NCBI GenBank assembly: GCA_035292625.1
Contig: DATDPS010000056.1
Span: 12,250-76,249 of the forward strand
DNA: 64,000 bases
DNA from: Lysobacterales bacterium
Lineage (GTDB): Bacteria; Pseudomonadota; Gammaproteobacteria; Xanthomonadales; SZUA-36
Direction: 5' to 3'
Positions 1 through 11,381 of the stretch are shown here, in pieces. Position 1 is the stretch's first letter; every line of letters begins with the position of its first letter. The notes under the pieces are model-generated. The model ran no database searches. It was not told the DNA's origin and saw only the letters and a list, made by a program, of their open reading frames with translations. The position numbers and the translations under genes are program-made.

Positions 1-1642
1 GCCAGAATGGGGCAGTCCCCAGGGCGTGCACACTCATGGCAGCAGCGCCGTGGAAATGATGCCCGACATCTTTCACCACATCATTCCGGGTCAGCACAGT
101 GATGGAATCGCTGAGCCACCCGCCGAAAAGCACCGGCTGGATGGTCAAGTAACCGATCATGACGGACGGCAAGGCCAACAGCACGAGCGGCAGGGTTACC
201 ACCCATGGCGATTCATGTGGCCCATGTTGCAACACGCCATCCGGCGGGTGAGCCCCGGCAGCGTGATCCACCGTGTAACGCGCACGGCCGTGAAACGTCA
301 TGTACAGCAGGCGGAAGCTGTAAAACGATGTTACCAGCACCCCCAGAAGCACCGCCCAGTAGGCCAGGTTGCTGCCAAAGCGATGGGATTCGGCCACGGC
401 TTCTATGATGGCGTCTTTCGAATAGAACCCTGAAAAAAACGGAAAACCAACCAGGGCCAGCGTACCCACCCAGGCAGTCAGCCAGGTAACCGGCATCTGG
501 CGGCGCAGGCCGCCCATGAAACGCATGTCCTGCTGGTGATGCAGCGCAATGATTACCGAACCCGCGGCGAGGAACAGCAATGCTTTGAAGAACGCATGGG
601 TCATGAGGTGAAAAATAGCGGCGGAGTATGCAGACACGCCCAGTGCCACCGTCATGTAGCCTAGCTGTGACAGCGTGGAATAGGCAATTACACGCTTGAT
701 GTCATTTTGCACGATGCCGATCAAGCCCATGGCCAGCGCGGTAAAGGCACCGATCAGCATGACAAAACTCAAGGCCGCATCGCTGAACTCAAACAGCGGC
801 GACATGCGCGCCACCATGAAAATTCCCGCCGTGACCATCGTCGCGGCATGAATCAGGGCGGAGATCGGTGTCGGGCCCTCCATCGAATCCGGCAACCAAA
901 CGTGCAGCGGCGCCTGCGCTGATTTACCCATGGCGCCAATGAACAGGCACACGCAGATCACGGTAATCAGCTGCCACTCTATGCCAGGAATGATGCTGAT
1001 GGTCTGGGCGGCGATGGCCGGCGCCTGGCTGAACACCTCTGCATAATCCAGCGAGCCCGTGGCATACAAAACGGCGGCGATGCCGAGCAGGAATCCAAAG
1101 TCACCGACACGATTGACCAGGAAGGCCTTGAGGCCGGCGAATATGGCTGATTCCCGGTTGAACCAGAAACCGATCAGCAAGTAAGAAACCAGGCCAACGG
1201 CTTCCCAGCCGAAAAACAGCTGCATGAAATTGTTCGACATTACCAGCGTGAGCATGGAAAACGTAAACAAGGCGATGTAGCTGAAAAACCGCTGGTAGCC
1301 GGGGTCATGCGCCATGTAACCGATGGTGTAAATGTGCACCATCAGTGATACGAAAGTGACCACGCTCATCATCAAGGCGCTCAGATGATCCACCAGGAAG
1401 CCTACCTCAAAACGTATGCCGTCGGAGATCATCCAGGTGTAGACGGTGAGATTCTGCGTAGCCAGCCCCTGGAAAAGTTGCTGGTAGAGGACCCAAGCTG
1501 ACAGGCCAAAAGACACTGCAACCCCGAGGATGGTGACCCAATGCGCCCCTGCCCTGCCTACCTGCTTGCGCAACAATCCCGCGACAACTGCGGCAACAAG
1601 AGGCAGCAGTGGTATGAGCAGCAATGTGAATTCAAGCGACAT
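1..1642 (-). CDS. nuoL: NADH-quinone oxidoreductase subunit L (partial; C-terminal part lies beyond window start)
   Basis: It has no stop in the window, so it is absent from the ORF track. A minus-strand ATG at 1642-1640 sits 1 nt after the nuoK stop. The translation starts MSLEFTLLLIPLLPLVAAV and contains VGLVSYLLIGFWFNRESA (about 1141-1197), an ND5/NuoL-type motif. The position after nuoK fits. Confidence 0.9.
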   Translation of the reverse strand, partial: MSLEFTLLLIPLLPLVAAVVAGLLRKQVGRAGAHWVTILGVAVSFGLSAWVLYQQLFQGLATQNLTVYTWMISDGIRFEVGFLVDHLSALMMSVVTFVSLMVHIYTIGYMAHDPGYQRFFSYIALFTFSMLTLVMSNNFMQLFFGWEAVGLVSYLLIGFWFNRESAIFAGLKAFLVNRVGDFGFLLGIAAVLYATGSLDYAEVFSQAPAIAAQTISIIPGIEWQLITVICVCLFIGAMGKSAQAPLHVWLPDSMEGPTPISALIHAATMVTAGIFMVARMSPLFEFSDAALSFVMLIGAFTALAMGLIGIVQNDIKRVIAYSTLSQLGYMTVALGVSAYSAAIFHLMTHAFFKALLFLAAGSVIIALHHQQDMRFMGGLRRQMPVTWLTAWVGTLALVGFPFFSGFYSKDAIIEAVAESHRFGSNLAYWAVLLGVLVTSFYSFRLLYMTFHGRARYTVDHAAGAHPPDGVLQHGPHESPWVVTLPLVLLALPSVMIGYLTIQPVLFGGWLSDSITVLTRNDVVKDVGHHFHGAAAMSVHALGTAPFW

Positions 1643-1643
1643 G

Positions 1644-1949
1644 TCAGCCCTTCAGTTCGTCCAGTTCGGTCACGTTGATGGTGCCGCGGTTGCGAAACAA
1701 AACGACCAGGATTGCCAATCCGATCGCCGCCTCGGCTGCTGCAACCGTGAGAATGAAAAACACGAAGACCTGGCCATCCAGGTTTCCGAGGAAGCTGGAA
1801 AATGCAACAAAATTCATGTTCACGGCCAGTAGCATCAACTCAATGCACATCAGCAGGATGATGACGTTTTTCCGATTGAGGAAAATGCCCGCCACGCTCA
1901 GGCAGAAAAGTATGGCGCCGAGGGTCAGGAAATGGGCCAGTGTCAACAT
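1644..1949 (-). CDS. nuoK: NADH-quinone oxidoreductase subunit K
   Basis: 101 aa hydrophobic protein of ND4L/NuoK type ([15 protein letters not shown]..., [13 protein letters not shown]). It lies between nuoJ and nuoL. Confidence 0.93.
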   Translation of the reverse strand: MLTLAHFLTLGAILFCLSVAGIFLNRKNVIILLMCIELMLLAVNMNFVAFSSFLGNLDGQVFVFFILTVAAAEAAIGLAILVVLFRNRGTINVTELDELKG

Positions 1950-1958
1950 GTGTGCTCC

Positions 1959-2573
1959 TCAACCGTCCTGCCGTGGCTCAGACTTCACTTTAGCCACGCG
2001 GATGCGTTCCGCACGCTGAACCAGGACCTGCCGCGCCGGATCCTGTGTTTTTATTCCTGTCCGTTTGCGCAGGGTCAGTGCGATGGCAGCTATGATGGCG
2101 ACCAACAGGATGATGCCGGCGACTTCAAACGGCAGCAGGTACTGTGTATAAAGCCACTCACCCACCGCCTTGGTGTTGCTGTAGCCATCCGGATGCGGCG
2201 CCGTCGATGGGAATGCTGCGGCACCAAACCGCCCGCGAGACCACAACACAAGCAACAGTTCAGCAGCCATGACCATCGCTACGCCCAACCCAACCGGCAG
2301 ATACCGGATGAAGCCTTCTTTCAAAGGCGCAAGATTAATATCGAGCATCATGACGACGAACAGGAATAAGACCATTACCGCACCGACATAGACCATCACC
2401 AGCACGATGGCCAGGAATTCCGCTTCCAGCAGTACCCAGATTGCGGCTGAGCTGAAGAACGCCAGCACCAGGAACAACGCGGCAAAAACCGGGTTGCGCA
2501 CAGTGATAACCAGGATGGCTGCTGCGGTCAGGACCAGCGAAAATGCATAAAAAACAATTTCGACAATGGGCAT
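1959..2573 (-). CDS. nuoJ: NADH-quinone oxidoreductase subunit J
   Basis: The ORF spans 1959-2648. The likely start is MPIVEIVFYAF at 2573, just downstream of the nuoI stop at 2587. The protein is polytopic and ND6/NuoJ-like, and its position in the operon fits. Confidence 0.88.
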   Translation of the reverse strand: MPIVEIVFYAFSLVLTAAAILVITVRNPVFAALFLVLAFFSSAAIWVLLEAEFLAIVLVMVYVGAVMVLFLFVVMMLDINLAPLKEGFIRYLPVGLGVAMVMAAELLLVLWSRGRFGAAAFPSTAPHPDGYSNTKAVGEWLYTQYLLPFEVAGIILLVAIIAAIALTLRKRTGIKTQDPARQVLVQRAERIRVAKVKSEPRQDG

Positions 2574-2586
2574 CAATTTGCTCCGC

Positions 2587-3081
2587 TCAGCGGTAAGCCG
2601 CATCTTGCTTGCGGTTGGAGGCAATGCTCTGTTCATAGCGATCACCAATGGCCAACAGCTGCTGCTTGTTCACGACACTTTCCTTGCGGTCTTCAAAATG
2701 GTACTCGAGAAAGTCCGTTTCCACGATCGAATCCACTGGGCAGGATTCTTCGCAAAACCCGCAATAAATGCATTTGAACAGGTCGATGTCATAGCGGGTT
2801 GTCCGCCGCGTCCCGTCGTCCCTCTGGGTCGATTCGATGGTAATGGCCAGTGCCGGGCACACGGCTTCGCACAGCTTGCAGGCGATGCAGCGCTCTTCTC
2901 CGTTCGGATAGCGCCGCAGCGCATGCAGGCCGCGAAACCGGTTGGATTTCGGGGTCTTTTCTTCCGGGTATCGGATTGTGAACTTCGGTTGCAAGAAGTA
3001 CTTCAGCGTTACTCCGAGACCGCCGGCAAGTTCCAGCAACAACAGGCTTTTTAGGTATCGCGTTACCGGATTCAAAATCAA
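2587..3081 (-). CDS. nuoI: NADH-quinone oxidoreductase subunit I (2x[4Fe-4S] ferredoxin-type)
   Basis: 164 aa with two CxxCxxCxxxCP motifs ([12 protein letters not shown] and [12 protein letters not shown]). Confidence 0.95.
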   Translation of the reverse strand: MILNPVTRYLKSLLLLELAGGLGVTLKYFLQPKFTIRYPEEKTPKSNRFRGLHALRRYPNGEERCIACKLCEAVCPALAITIESTQRDDGTRRTTRYDIDLFKCIYCGFCEESCPVDSIVETDFLEYHFEDRKESVVNKQQLLAIGDRYEQSIASNRKQDAAYR

Positions 3082-4115
3082 CTCCCCTTCACGACGATGC
3101 CAGTCACCGCAAGAACCGCGGCAACGAGCACCCAGACTATCGTGATGGGCACGAATACTTTCCAGCCCAGGCGCATGATCTGGTCATAACGATAACGCGG
3201 GAACGTGGCGCGCCACCAGAGGAAAAGGAACATGAAAAATACGGTCTTGGACAGGAACCAGAAAATACTGCCCTCACCCAGCACGGTATCCTGGAGTATC
3301 GGGATGCCTTCAAAGGGTGACAACCAGCCCCCGGCGAACATGATGGTAGTCAACCCCGAAATGAGGATCATGTTGGCGTATTCGGCGAGGAAGAAAACGG
3401 CGAAGGCAGCGCCGGAATACTCCACGTGGAAGCCGGCCACGATTTCAGATTCACCTTCAGCCACGTCGAATGGCGCCCGGTTGGTTTCAGCCACGCCCGA
3501 TATGACGTAGATCACAAACAGCGGCAACAGGGGCATCCAGAACCAGTCAAAAACGCCGCCCTGCTGTGCCAGCACGATTTCCCGCAGATTCAAGCTTCCG
3601 GCCACGATAAGCACGCCCACCAGGGCGAAACCCATGGCGATTTCGTAGGAAACCATCTGGGCCGCACAGCGCAAACCACCGAGGAAAGCATACTTGGAGT
3701 TCGAAGCCCAGCCCGCAATGATGGGCCCGTAGACCCCCAGCGAAGACATGGCCAGGATAAAAATCAGTCCGGCATCGATATCAGCCAGCACCAGGAATTC
3801 GTTGAACGGCACCACCGCCCAGACCAAAAAAGCCGGCGCCAGTGTGAGCACCGGAGCCATCAGGAACAGGAAGCGATTGGCATTCTCCGGCAGAATGATT
3901 TCTTTGAGCAGCAGCTTGAACACATCCGCAAATGGTTGAAACAAGCCGTAAGGCCCGATGGTGTTCGGACCCAGGCGAATTTGCATGTAGCCAATGACTT
4001 TGCGCTCGAAGTAGGTGTAATAGGCGACAGCCAGAATCAACGGCACAACGATCGCCAGGATCTTCAGCACCAGGATGACCATGAAAACAAGCTGGTCAAG
4101 GAACACGGCGTTCAT
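3078..4115 (-). CDS. nuoH: NADH-quinone oxidoreductase subunit H
   Basis: The ORF extends to 4370, but the 85-aa extension overlaps nuoG. The start [11 protein letters not shown] at 4115 overlaps the nuoG stop (TGATG). ND1 motifs are present: [15 protein letters not shown] and [15 protein letters not shown]. Confidence 0.93.
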   Translation of the reverse strand: MNAVFLDQLVFMVILVLKILAIVVPLILAVAYYTYFERKVIGYMQIRLGPNTIGPYGLFQPFADVFKLLLKEIILPENANRFLFLMAPVLTLAPAFLVWAVVPFNEFLVLADIDAGLIFILAMSSLGVYGPIIAGWASNSKYAFLGGLRCAAQMVSYEIAMGFALVGVLIVAGSLNLREIVLAQQGGVFDWFWMPLLPLFVIYVISGVAETNRAPFDVAEGESEIVAGFHVEYSGAAFAVFFLAEYANMILISGLTTIMFAGGWLSPFEGIPILQDTVLGEGSIFWFLSKTVFFMFLFLWWRATFPRYRYDQIMRLGWKVFVPITIVWVLVAAVLAVTGIVVKGS

Positions 4116-6535
4116 CAAGCGACCTCCACCTGGACGGGCCCCGTGGCCGAACCCAGTTCGCGGGTGCTGCAAGTTGCGCTGCGCACCCATGCGGCTCCTG
4201 TGGGCACACGATCGCTGATCCTGACCTCGAGTTCGGTGAATGCATTCGCCTGTTTCACCCTGGCTTTGCCACCGCTCGACAGGCCGAGCCGCTGGGCATC
4301 CAATGGATTGAGCCCGACGAACTCGCTGTCCGCGTGCACTGTCTGCTGTAACGGGGTTGCGCGGCGGCACAATGCATCTACCGAGTACATGGGAACCTCA
4401 CCCACTCGGTAAAGACTTCTGGCACGGCTATCGCCATCCGATATCCAGCTCGCATCGAGTCTTGCACCATCGATGCTGTTTGAGCCACCAGCTGCTTGCA
4501 TCACCGCCTGCATTTCAGCTTGCAGATCGGACAGACTGACCTGGCCGAATCCTTCGAGACCCAACGCATCACCCAGCCGGCGAAGAATTTTCCAACCGGG
4601 TCGCGCGTCTCCCTGGGCTTTTCCGGCAGGTGTGAATGCAATCATGCTGCCGTCAAAATTGACCAGGCTGCCTTCCGATTCAGCCAGCGGCGCCAAGGGC
4701 AGGATCACATTGGCCAATCGCTTCAAACTGTCGGCGGCAAACGCGGAAACGGCCAGAATGTTTTCAGCCGAGCTCAGTGCAGCCATCACAGCCGATGGGT
4801 TGGCCGTGTCCAATTCCGGCTCCACGTCCCATAACAGCCAGGATTTTGCAGAGGATTGGAACATCCCACTGGTGTCCATTCCACGCCGCTGGTAGCCTCC
4901 TCCGGGAAGCCGGTGAGGCACGGCCCCTGCCAACCAGGCACCGGTCGAATTGGCACCAGCCGCAAGCAGGTTCAGGTCACATCCGCTGGCTTTCGCGATC
5001 CAGCTGGAAATTTGCCGCATGGCGGCAGCCTCGTGGTGGCTCATTGCAAACTGTCCCAGCAGGATCAAGCCACGTTGCGCCGCCATCAAGTCATTGCCGA
5101 TTGACTGGTGCATCGGTTCGGCTTTCACCAAACCTGCCAGCGACGCCATGGCAGATGGCAGGTCTTTGCCGCTTGCAGCAGCCACGGCGGAAGCTACCGC
5201 CGCCAGTTCAGACAGCATGAACTGGGGTGCGGCAATTATCTTCTGGCGCATTCCAAAGACGAAATCCCAGTCCAGCGGATTGATGCAGGATATCGTTGCG
5301 CCGTTAAGCCAGGCCTGGCGCAAACGGTGCCCCAGGATGGGGGCTTCGTGGCGCGGATTACAGCCGACCATTAACACTGCGTCGGCGTCAGCCATGGCCG
5401 CCATTTTCATGCCGAATGCCGGCGAAACGGGGCGCGAGTCATCGTCGGAAAAATCCTGCTCACGCAAGCGATGGTCAATGTTGTTGCTGCCCAGGCCCCG
5501 CATCAGCCGCTGGGCAAGATAGTACTCTTCCGTTGCGGCCCCGGGTGACATCAGCGCGCACAAATCCCGTGCCGCGTTTTCGCCAGCGGCACGCAGGATT
5601 GAGACAGCCGCCTTGACGGCTTCGTCCCATGAAACCACTTGCCAGGCACCGTTTGTTTTGACCATGGGTTGCGTGACCCGGTCAGCGGCATACAAACCGG
5701 TATGGCTGAAGCGGTCACGATCGGACAACCAGGATTCATTGGCCGCTTCGCAATCGCGTGGAACGGAACGAAGTATGCGGCCATTATGGGCGTGGTGATA
5801 AAGCAGTGAACCGACCCCGTCGTGCACACCCACCGATGGCTTTGCCACCAACTCCCAGGCGCGGGCCGCAAATCGAAACGGTTTGTTGGTCAACGCCCCA
5901 ACCGGGCACAAGTCGATGATGTTGCCGGATAACTCGGAGTTGATGCTGTTCTGCACGCAGGTTCCTATCTCCAGCCGGTCGCCGCGGCCACTGCCACCCA
6001 TTTCATTGGTGCCGGCAATTTCCTCGAGAAATCGCACGCAACGGGTGCAGTGAATGCAGCGGGTCATATCCGTCTGCACCAGCGCCCCGACGTCTTTGTC
6101 CTTGACGACGCGCTTGCGTTCCGTAAAACGGGAAACTGAACGGCCATATCCCATGGCAAGGTCCTGCAATTCGCATTCGCCGCCCTGGTCGCAAATCGGG
6201 CAATCCAGCGGGTGGTTGATCAGCAGGAATTCCATCACACCGTGCTGGGCGTCGATGGCACGACGTGACTGGGTAAAGACTTTCATACCTTCCATAACCG
6301 GTGTGGCACAGGCCGGCATGGGTTTGGGCGCTTTCTCCACATCCACCAGGCACATCCGGCAATTGGCCGCAATACTCAGCTTGCGGTGGTAGCAGAAGCG
6401 CGGAATACTGATGCCTGCCTTATCGGTGGCCTGGATGATCATGGATCCCTTGGGTGCCTGGATGGGCACTCCGTCGACCTCGATATTGACCATATCCGCC
6501 GGCGGAACTTGCTTGCCTTTGATCTCAACGTTCAT
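4115..6535 (-). CDS. nuoG: NADH-quinone oxidoreductase subunit G (75 kDa Fe-S subunit)
   Basis: Cys clusters are present: [25 protein letters not shown] and [11 protein letters not shown] long molybdopterin-oxidoreductase-like domain follows. The start is either MNVEIKG (6535, abutting the nuoF stop at 6532) or MVNIEVDG (6493). Confidence 0.92.
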   Translation of the reverse strand: MNVEIKGKQVPPADMVNIEVDGVPIQAPKGSMIIQATDKAGISIPRFCYHRKLSIAANCRMCLVDVEKAPKPMPACATPVMEGMKVFTQSRRAIDAQHGVMEFLLINHPLDCPICDQGGECELQDLAMGYGRSVSRFTERKRVVKDKDVGALVQTDMTRCIHCTRCVRFLEEIAGTNEMGGSGRGDRLEIGTCVQNSINSELSGNIIDLCPVGALTNKPFRFAARAWELVAKPSVGVHDGVGSLLYHHAHNGRILRSVPRDCEAANESWLSDRDRFSHTGLYAADRVTQPMVKTNGAWQVVSWDEAVKAAVSILRAAGENAARDLCALMSPGAATEEYYLAQRLMRGLGSNNIDHRLREQDFSDDDSRPVSPAFGMKMAAMADADAVLMVGCNPRHEAPILGHRLRQAWLNGATISCINPLDWDFVFGMRQKIIAAPQFMLSELAAVASAVAAASGKDLPSAMASLAGLVKAEPMHQSIGNDLMAAQRGLILLGQFAMSHHEAAAMRQISSWIAKASGCDLNLLAAGANSTGAWLAGAVPHRLPGGGYQRRGMDTSGMFQSSAKSWLLWDVEPELDTANPSAVMAALSSAENILAVSAFAADSLKRLANVILPLAPLAESEGSLVNFDGSMIAFTPAGKAQGDARPGWKILRRLGDALGLEGFGQVSLSDLQAEMQAVMQAAGGSNSIDGARLDASWISDGDSRARSLYRVGEVPMYSVDALCRRATPLQQTVHADSEFVGLNPLDAQRLGLSSGGKARVKQANAFTELEVRISDRVPTGAAWVRSATCSTRELGSATGPVQVEVA

Positions 6536-7827
6536 GCTGCCAGCCCTTGCTGTGCTTCGACCATGGAACGGCCATGGCTGACGTAGTACTCGAATTCCGG
6601 CCAAAAATGCCGCAGCATGCCCTGCACCGGCCAGGCCGCAGCTTCACCAAAGGCACAAATGGTGTGACCTTCGATCTGTCCCGCCGCGGATCGCAACAAC
6701 TCGAGATCGCCGCTTCTTCCCTTGCCTTCGACAATACGTTGCAGCATGCGGTGCATCCAGCCGGTGCCTTCCCGGCATGGCGTGCACTGGCCGCAAGACT
6801 CCATGTGATAAAAACGCGCAATGCGCGTGCAGGCTTTAACCATGCAGGTAGAGTCGTCCATCACGATGACTGCGCCGGAACCCAGTCCGGAGCCCGCTTT
6901 GCTGAGTGCGTCATAATCCATGGTGACAGCCATCATGACGTTTGCCGGGAGAACCGGCATGGATGATCCCCCGGGAATCACCCCTTTCAGTTTGCGCCCG
7001 GCACGTACGCCGCCCGCCATCTGCAACAAATCAGCGAAAGAAGTCCCCAGTGGCACTTCAAAGTTGCCCGGCTTGTTCACATGCCCGGAAACTGAAAACA
7101 CCTTCGGGCCCCCATTGTTTGGCTTGCCGATCTTGAGAAACCACTCGGCCCCGTTACGCATGATGTGCGGCACCGACGCCAGGGTTTCGGTGTTGTTGAT
7201 GGTGCTCGGTTTGCCAAACAGGCCAAAATTGGCCGGGAAAGGCGGCTTGAACCGCGGCAGACCCTTCTTGCCCTCAAGGGACTCCATCAGGGCGGTTTCT
7301 TCACCACAGATATAGGCGCCGGCACCCAGCACGGTGTGAATGTCCATATCCACGCCCGACCCAAGGATGTTTTTTCCCAACAGGCCGGCAGCATAGGCTT
7401 CTTTCAGGGCGTCCTCGAAGCGTTCGAAGGGCTCGTGATGAAACTCCCCACGCAAGTAGTTGTAACCGACGGTGGCTCCCATGGCGTAACCGGCAATGGC
7501 CATACCCTCGATGACCGCGTGTGGATTGAACCGCAAGATGTCGCGGTCATGGCAGGTTCCTGGCTCAGATTCATCGGAATTGCACAGGATATACTTCTGC
7601 ACCGGTGCCGAACGCGGCATGAAGCTCCACTTCAGCCCGGTTGGAAAACCCGCACCACCCCGTCCGCGCAAAGCGGATTCCTTGACCGTGTCGATGATTT
7701 TTTCCTGCGGAGTTTTCTCGGCAAGAATCTTGCGCCAGGCTTGGTATCCTTCAATGGAAAGGTAGGTCTCCATGGACCAGGGCCGGTCTGAATGCAAGGT
7801 GGTAAATACGACATTGTTCTCTGACAT
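6532..7827 (-). CDS. nuoF: NADH-quinone oxidoreductase subunit F (NADH/FMN-binding)
   Basis: 431 aa with the [20 protein letters not shown] motif and the [10 protein letters not shown] 4Fe-4S motif. Confidence 0.95.
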   Translation of the reverse strand: MSENNVVFTTLHSDRPWSMETYLSIEGYQAWRKILAEKTPQEKIIDTVKESALRGRGGAGFPTGLKWSFMPRSAPVQKYILCNSDESEPGTCHDRDILRFNPHAVIEGMAIAGYAMGATVGYNYLRGEFHHEPFERFEDALKEAYAAGLLGKNILGSGVDMDIHTVLGAGAYICGEETALMESLEGKKGLPRFKPPFPANFGLFGKPSTINNTETLASVPHIMRNGAEWFLKIGKPNNGGPKVFSVSGHVNKPGNFEVPLGTSFADLLQMAGGVRAGRKLKGVIPGGSSMPVLPANVMMAVTMDYDALSKAGSGLGSGAVIVMDDSTCMVKACTRIARFYHMESCGQCTPCREGTGWMHRMLQRIVEGKGRSGDLELLRSAAGQIEGHTICAFGEAAAWPVQGMLRHFWPEFEYYVSHGRSMVEAQQGLAA

Positions 7828-7841
7828 ATTGCGTAAAACCC

Positions 7842-8354
7842 TCAGTCCAGTCCGTCGAGGATGGCGTCCAGCTTTTTTTCATCCAGGTGTTCGTGATAGT
7901 GTCCGTCCACTACCATCATCGGTGCCCCACAACAAGCAGCCAGACATTCTTCCTCCCGCACCAGGCTTATGCGCCCGTCGGCCGTCGTTTCGCCCAGTCG
8001 GATTCCCAATTTTTTCTCGGCATGCTCAGCCAGGCGTTCGGCACCGTTCAACCAGCATGAAATGTTGGTGCAGATATTGACCTTGTGGCGCCCTATGGGC
8101 TTGAGATGGAACATCGAATAGAACGAGGTCACTTCATGCGCCCACACGGGTGGGAGGTCCAGATAGGACGCCACTGCCTCGATCAGTTCACGGTTGAGCC
8201 AGCCGCCATTTTGGGTTTGCGCGGCCATCAGGGACTGGATCAGCGCGGACCGTTTGTTGGCTACAGGGAATTTGGCTACCCACTGGTTAATGGTATGCAC
8301 GGTCTGCTTGCTCAGCATACTGGCACCATCAGCCTGCTTTCCGGCGCCTGGCAT
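7842..8354 (-). CDS. nuoE: NADH-quinone oxidoreductase subunit E (2Fe-2S)
   Basis: Thioredoxin-like 2Fe-2S pattern (CTNISC ... CLAACCGAP). The ATG at 8354 overlaps the nuoD stop. An alternative start is MLSKQ at 8318. Confidence 0.9.
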   Translation of the reverse strand: MPGAGKQADGASMLSKQTVHTINQWVAKFPVANKRSALIQSLMAAQTQNGGWLNRELIEAVASYLDLPPVWAHEVTSFYSMFHLKPIGRHKVNICTNISCWLNGAERLAEHAEKKLGIRLGETTADGRISLVREEECLAACCGAPMMVVDGHYHEHLDEKKLDAILDGLD

Positions 8355-9607
8355 CAGCGATCAACCTCGCCAAAGACCAGGTCCAGTGTGCTGATGATGG
8401 CAACCGTGTCGGCCAGCATGTGACCCCGTGCCAATTCATTCAAGCCGGACAGATGGGCGAATCCCGGTGCGCGCAGATGCACTCGGAAGGGCTTATTGGC
8501 CCCATCCGACACGAGATAGCAGCCGAATTCGCCTTTGGGCGCTTCCACTGCCGCATAGGTTTCACCGGCAGGCACACAATAGCCTTCGGTAAAGAGTTTG
8601 AAATGGTGGATCAGTGCTTCCATGTCATCTTTCATCTCTTCACGGCTCGGCGGTACAAGCTTGAAGTTCTTTAACATGACGCTGCCGGAATTGGCTCGCA
8701 ACCAGTCCACGCATTGCAGGATGATGCGGGCGCTCTGGCGCATTTCTTCCACCCGTACCAGGTAGCGGTCATAACAATCGCCGTTTACCCCCACCGGAAT
8801 GTCGAATTCGACCTGGTCATACCTGGCATAAGGCCACTTCTTGCGCAGGTCCCATTCGATGCCCGAGCCACGCAACATCACGCCCGAAAATCCCAGTTGC
8901 ATGGCCCGGTCCGGCGCAACCACGCCGATATTCACGGTGCGCTGCTTCCAGATCCGGTTTTCCGTCAGCAGGGTTTCATACTCGTCGATGCGATGGGGCA
9001 CGTCACGGGCAAAGGCTTCAATGAAATCCAGCAGCGTACCTTCGCGCCATTCATTTTTGCGTTTCAGGGCCTTGCCCTTGGTCCAGCGTGATTCCTGGTA
9101 TAGCGGCATGCTGTCCGGCAAGTCACGGTACACACCACCAGGCCGGTAGTAACCTGCGTGCATTCGCGCCCCCGAAACCGCTTCGTACATATCCATGACC
9201 ATTTCGCGTTCACGGAATGCGTACAGAAAGACCGTCATGGCACCCAGGTCCAGTGCACAGGATCCAATCCACAGCAGGTGATTGGAAAAACGTGTGATCT
9301 CGTCGAACATGGTGCGGATCCATTGCGCGCGTGGTGGTGCTTCGACACCCAGTAGTTGCTCGATGGCGCGGACATAAGCATGTTCGTTGCACATCATGGA
9401 CATATAGTCGAGGCGATCCATGTAGCCGATGGACTGGTTGAAAGGCTTGCTCTCCGCCAGTTTCTCCGTGGCCCTGTGCAGTAGTCCAATATGGGGGTCG
9501 GCGCGCACGACGGATTCGCCATCCATTTCCAGCACCAGGCGCAATACACCGTGAGCAGCCGGATGCTGCGGACCGAAATTCATTGTGTAGTTGCGAATCT
9601 CGGGCAT
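8354..9607 (-). CDS. nuoD: NADH-quinone oxidoreductase subunit D (49 kDa)
   Basis: 417 aa with the [15 protein letters not shown] signature. It is a separate gene from nuoC, not fused. Confidence 0.95.
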   Translation of the reverse strand: MPEIRNYTMNFGPQHPAAHGVLRLVLEMDGESVVRADPHIGLLHRATEKLAESKPFNQSIGYMDRLDYMSMMCNEHAYVRAIEQLLGVEAPPRAQWIRTMFDEITRFSNHLLWIGSCALDLGAMTVFLYAFREREMVMDMYEAVSGARMHAGYYRPGGVYRDLPDSMPLYQESRWTKGKALKRKNEWREGTLLDFIEAFARDVPHRIDEYETLLTENRIWKQRTVNIGVVAPDRAMQLGFSGVMLRGSGIEWDLRKKWPYARYDQVEFDIPVGVNGDCYDRYLVRVEEMRQSARIILQCVDWLRANSGSVMLKNFKLVPPSREEMKDDMEALIHHFKLFTEGYCVPAGETYAAVEAPKGEFGCYLVSDGANKPFRVHLRAPGFAHLSGLNELARGHMLADTVAIISTLDLVFGEVDR

Positions 9608-9609
9608 TA

Positions 9610-10350
9610 TCAGCTCGCCTCGTCTTCAGCGGGAGACTGCGCAGCCCGGTCAACGTCATCCGTCTTGTAACGGGTATCTTCACGCAACACTCTTGGCACC
9701 AGCACCCGCGGCTCGATTTCGACCGGCTCGTAAACCACGCGCTTTTTTTCGGCGTCATAGCGAACCGCAACATTCCCGATCAGCGGGAAATCCTTGCGGA
9801 ACGGATGGCCAGTGAAACCATAGTCTGTGAGGATGCGGCGCAAGTCCGGGTGGCCTTCAAAAACGATGCCGAAAAGGTCGAACACTTCTCGCTCGTACCA
9901 GTTCGCGCTGGGCCAGATTTCGACCAGCGAGGGAACGATTGGCATACCTTCATCATTGGCATGACAGCGGACACGCAGGCGATGGTTGTGGCGAAAGGAA
10001 AGTAAGTGCACGACCACCGCAAAACGCTGTTGAACCCGGGCCGCTTCGGGCCGTTGCGCCCAGTCAAAACGGCCTGGACCCAATCCCTCCACGCCACGGC
10101 TGAAGCCATCGAAGGTGGCGTCACTGGTGTCCCATTCGGATTCACCATAACCGAGATAATCGAGCCCGCATAAATCGGTCAGCTGCTGGTAAGCTAAATC
10201 AGGTTCATCGCGCAGCTTGCGGCAAACCTCAAGCCAGTTTTCAGGATTAACTTCGAGGGTGGGAATGCCATGATCGATGTCAGTGAGCGTGACACGGCTG
10301 CCAAAATGTGTCGCATACAGTTCCACTGCCACTTTGGAAATTTCTTTCAT
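9610..10350 (-). CDS. nuoC: NADH-quinone oxidoreductase subunit C (30 kDa)
   Basis: 246 aa with a 30-kDa subunit-like core ([26 protein letters not shown]). It has an acidic C-terminal tail. Confidence 0.9.
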   Translation of the reverse strand: MKEISKVAVELYATHFGSRVTLTDIDHGIPTLEVNPENWLEVCRKLRDEPDLAYQQLTDLCGLDYLGYGESEWDTSDATFDGFSRGVEGLGPGRFDWAQRPEAARVQQRFAVVVHLLSFRHNHRLRVRCHANDEGMPIVPSLVEIWPSANWYEREVFDLFGIVFEGHPDLRRILTDYGFTGHPFRKDFPLIGNVAVRYDAEKKRVVYEPVEIEPRVLVPRVLREDTRYKTDDVDRAAQSPAEDEAS

Positions 10351-10354
10351 CTAA

Positions 10355-10909
10355 CTACCTGGCTATCGTATTCGTGCGGCGAATCTTGGCCTGTAATTGC
10401 AGGATGCCGTAAATCAATGCTTCAGCGGATGGCGGACAACCGGGAACGTACACATCGACCGGCACGATCCGATCGCATCCGCGGGTTACTGAATAGGAAT
10501 AATGGTAGTAACCACCGCCGTTAGCACATGAACCCATTGAGATGACCCACTTGGGATCGGGCATCTGGTCATAGACCTTGCGCAGGGCGGGAGCCATTTT
10601 GTTGCACAGCGTGCCGGCAACGATCATGACGTCCGATTGCCGCGGGCTGGGCCGGAATACCACGCCGAAACGGTCCAGGTCGTAGCGCGCGGCACCAGCC
10701 TGCATCATTTCGACTGCGCAGCAGGCCAAACCAAAAGTCATGGGCCACATCGAACCCGTTCGCGCCCAGTTGATGAGCGCGTCAAGTGAAGTGGTTACCA
10801 TGCCGCGTTCAAGCAAGGGATTGTCATTGGCGTTGGGGCGAAGAATGTCATCGACCTCTGCCAGTGGCACCGGGTTGATTACTCCCATTCCAGCGCCCCT
10901 TTCTTCCAT
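10355..10909 (-). CDS. nuoB: NADH-quinone oxidoreductase subunit B (20 kDa, N2 cluster)
   Basis: Motifs [18 protein letters not shown] and PGCPP are present. The start is ambiguous: 10909, or MGVINPV at 10888. Both overlap the nuoA 3' end. Confidence 0.92.
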   Translation of the reverse strand: MEERGAGMGVINPVPLAEVDDILRPNANDNPLLERGMVTTSLDALINWARTGSMWPMTFGLACCAVEMMQAGAARYDLDRFGVVFRPSPRQSDVMIVAGTLCNKMAPALRKVYDQMPDPKWVISMGSCANGGGYYHYSYSVTRGCDRIVPVDVYVPGCPPSAEALIYGILQLQAKIRRTNTIAR

Positions 10910-11235
10910 ACAAAGAAGAACCCGATGAGCAATTCAGCGACGAAGACCAGCATGGCCATCAGGCCAAACGCGCCGAGCTTGTCCAACACCAGCGCCCAGG
11001 GAATAAAAAAAGCGATTTCCAGATCGAAAATTATAAATAGGATGGCAACGAGGTAGTACCTCACGTCAAACTTTGTACGCGTGTCCTCGAAGGCTTCAAA
11101 GCCACACTCGTAAGGCGAAAGCTTTTCGCTGTCCGGCCGGCGCGGGCCGAGCAGCCCACCCGTTGCCAGCAGGACCATGCCCAGGACTATCGATATCACC
11201 AGAAAAACCAGGATTGGAAAATACTCTGCGAGCAT
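10879..11235 (-). CDS. nuoA: NADH-quinone oxidoreductase subunit A
   Basis: 118 aa ND3-like membrane protein ([17 protein letters not shown]). It is the first gene of the nuo operon. Confidence 0.92.
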   Translation of the reverse strand: MLAEYFPILVFLVISIVLGMVLLATGGLLGPRRPDSEKLSPYECGFEAFEDTRTKFDVRYYLVAILFIIFDLEIAFFIPWALVLDKLGAFGLMAMLVFVAELLIGFFFVWKKGALEWE

Positions 11236-11280
11236 TTCAGTCTCACTTAGCGTGAATATTCATATTCACCGACAAATCAA

Positions 11281-11365
11281 TGGTGCCCAAGGCCGGACTC
11301 GAACCGGCACAGCTTTCGCCACTACCCCCTCAAGATAGCGTGTCTACCAATTCCACCACTTGGGC
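11281..11365 (-). tRNA. tRNA-Leu, anticodon GAG
   Basis: The reverse complement is GCCCAAGTGGTGGAATTGGTAGACACGCTATCTTGAGGGGGTAGTGGCGAAAGCTGTGCCGGTTCGAGTCCGGCCTTGGGCACCA. The 7-bp acceptor stem is perfect and there is a long variable arm (class II). The anticodon loop is TTGAGGG, the T-loop is TTCGAGT, and CCA is encoded. The secG-tRNALeu-nuoA order is common. Confidence 0.93.
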
Positions 11366-11381
11366 ATTCAGGGCCTTCGGG

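Noticed and set aside
4116-4370. N-terminal extensions in the ORF track for nuoH (to 4370), nuoJ (to 2648), tpiA (to 12756), nadD (to 25325), bcp (from 35692), phoB (from 44319), the OmpR-type regulator (to 52591), alkA (to 55776) and the ABC-2 permease (to 59906).
   Set aside because: The extensions overlap the preceding gene or, for phoB, the promoter and Pho box. In each case the conserved family N-terminus starts at an internal Met or Val adjacent to the upstream stop codon.
3426-4412. Long ORFs antisense to, or out of frame with, well-supported genes. Examples are 3426-4412(+), 14764-15582(+), 27114-28025(+), 36703-37584(-), 43193-43840(-), 48496-49281(-), 51950-52762(+) and 60161-60784(+).
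   Set aside because: Each lies entirely inside a gene with strong family motifs on the other strand or frame. Their translations are Arg/Pro/Gly/His-rich low-complexity sequences typical of shadow ORFs in GC-rich DNA, and none shows a recognisable motif.
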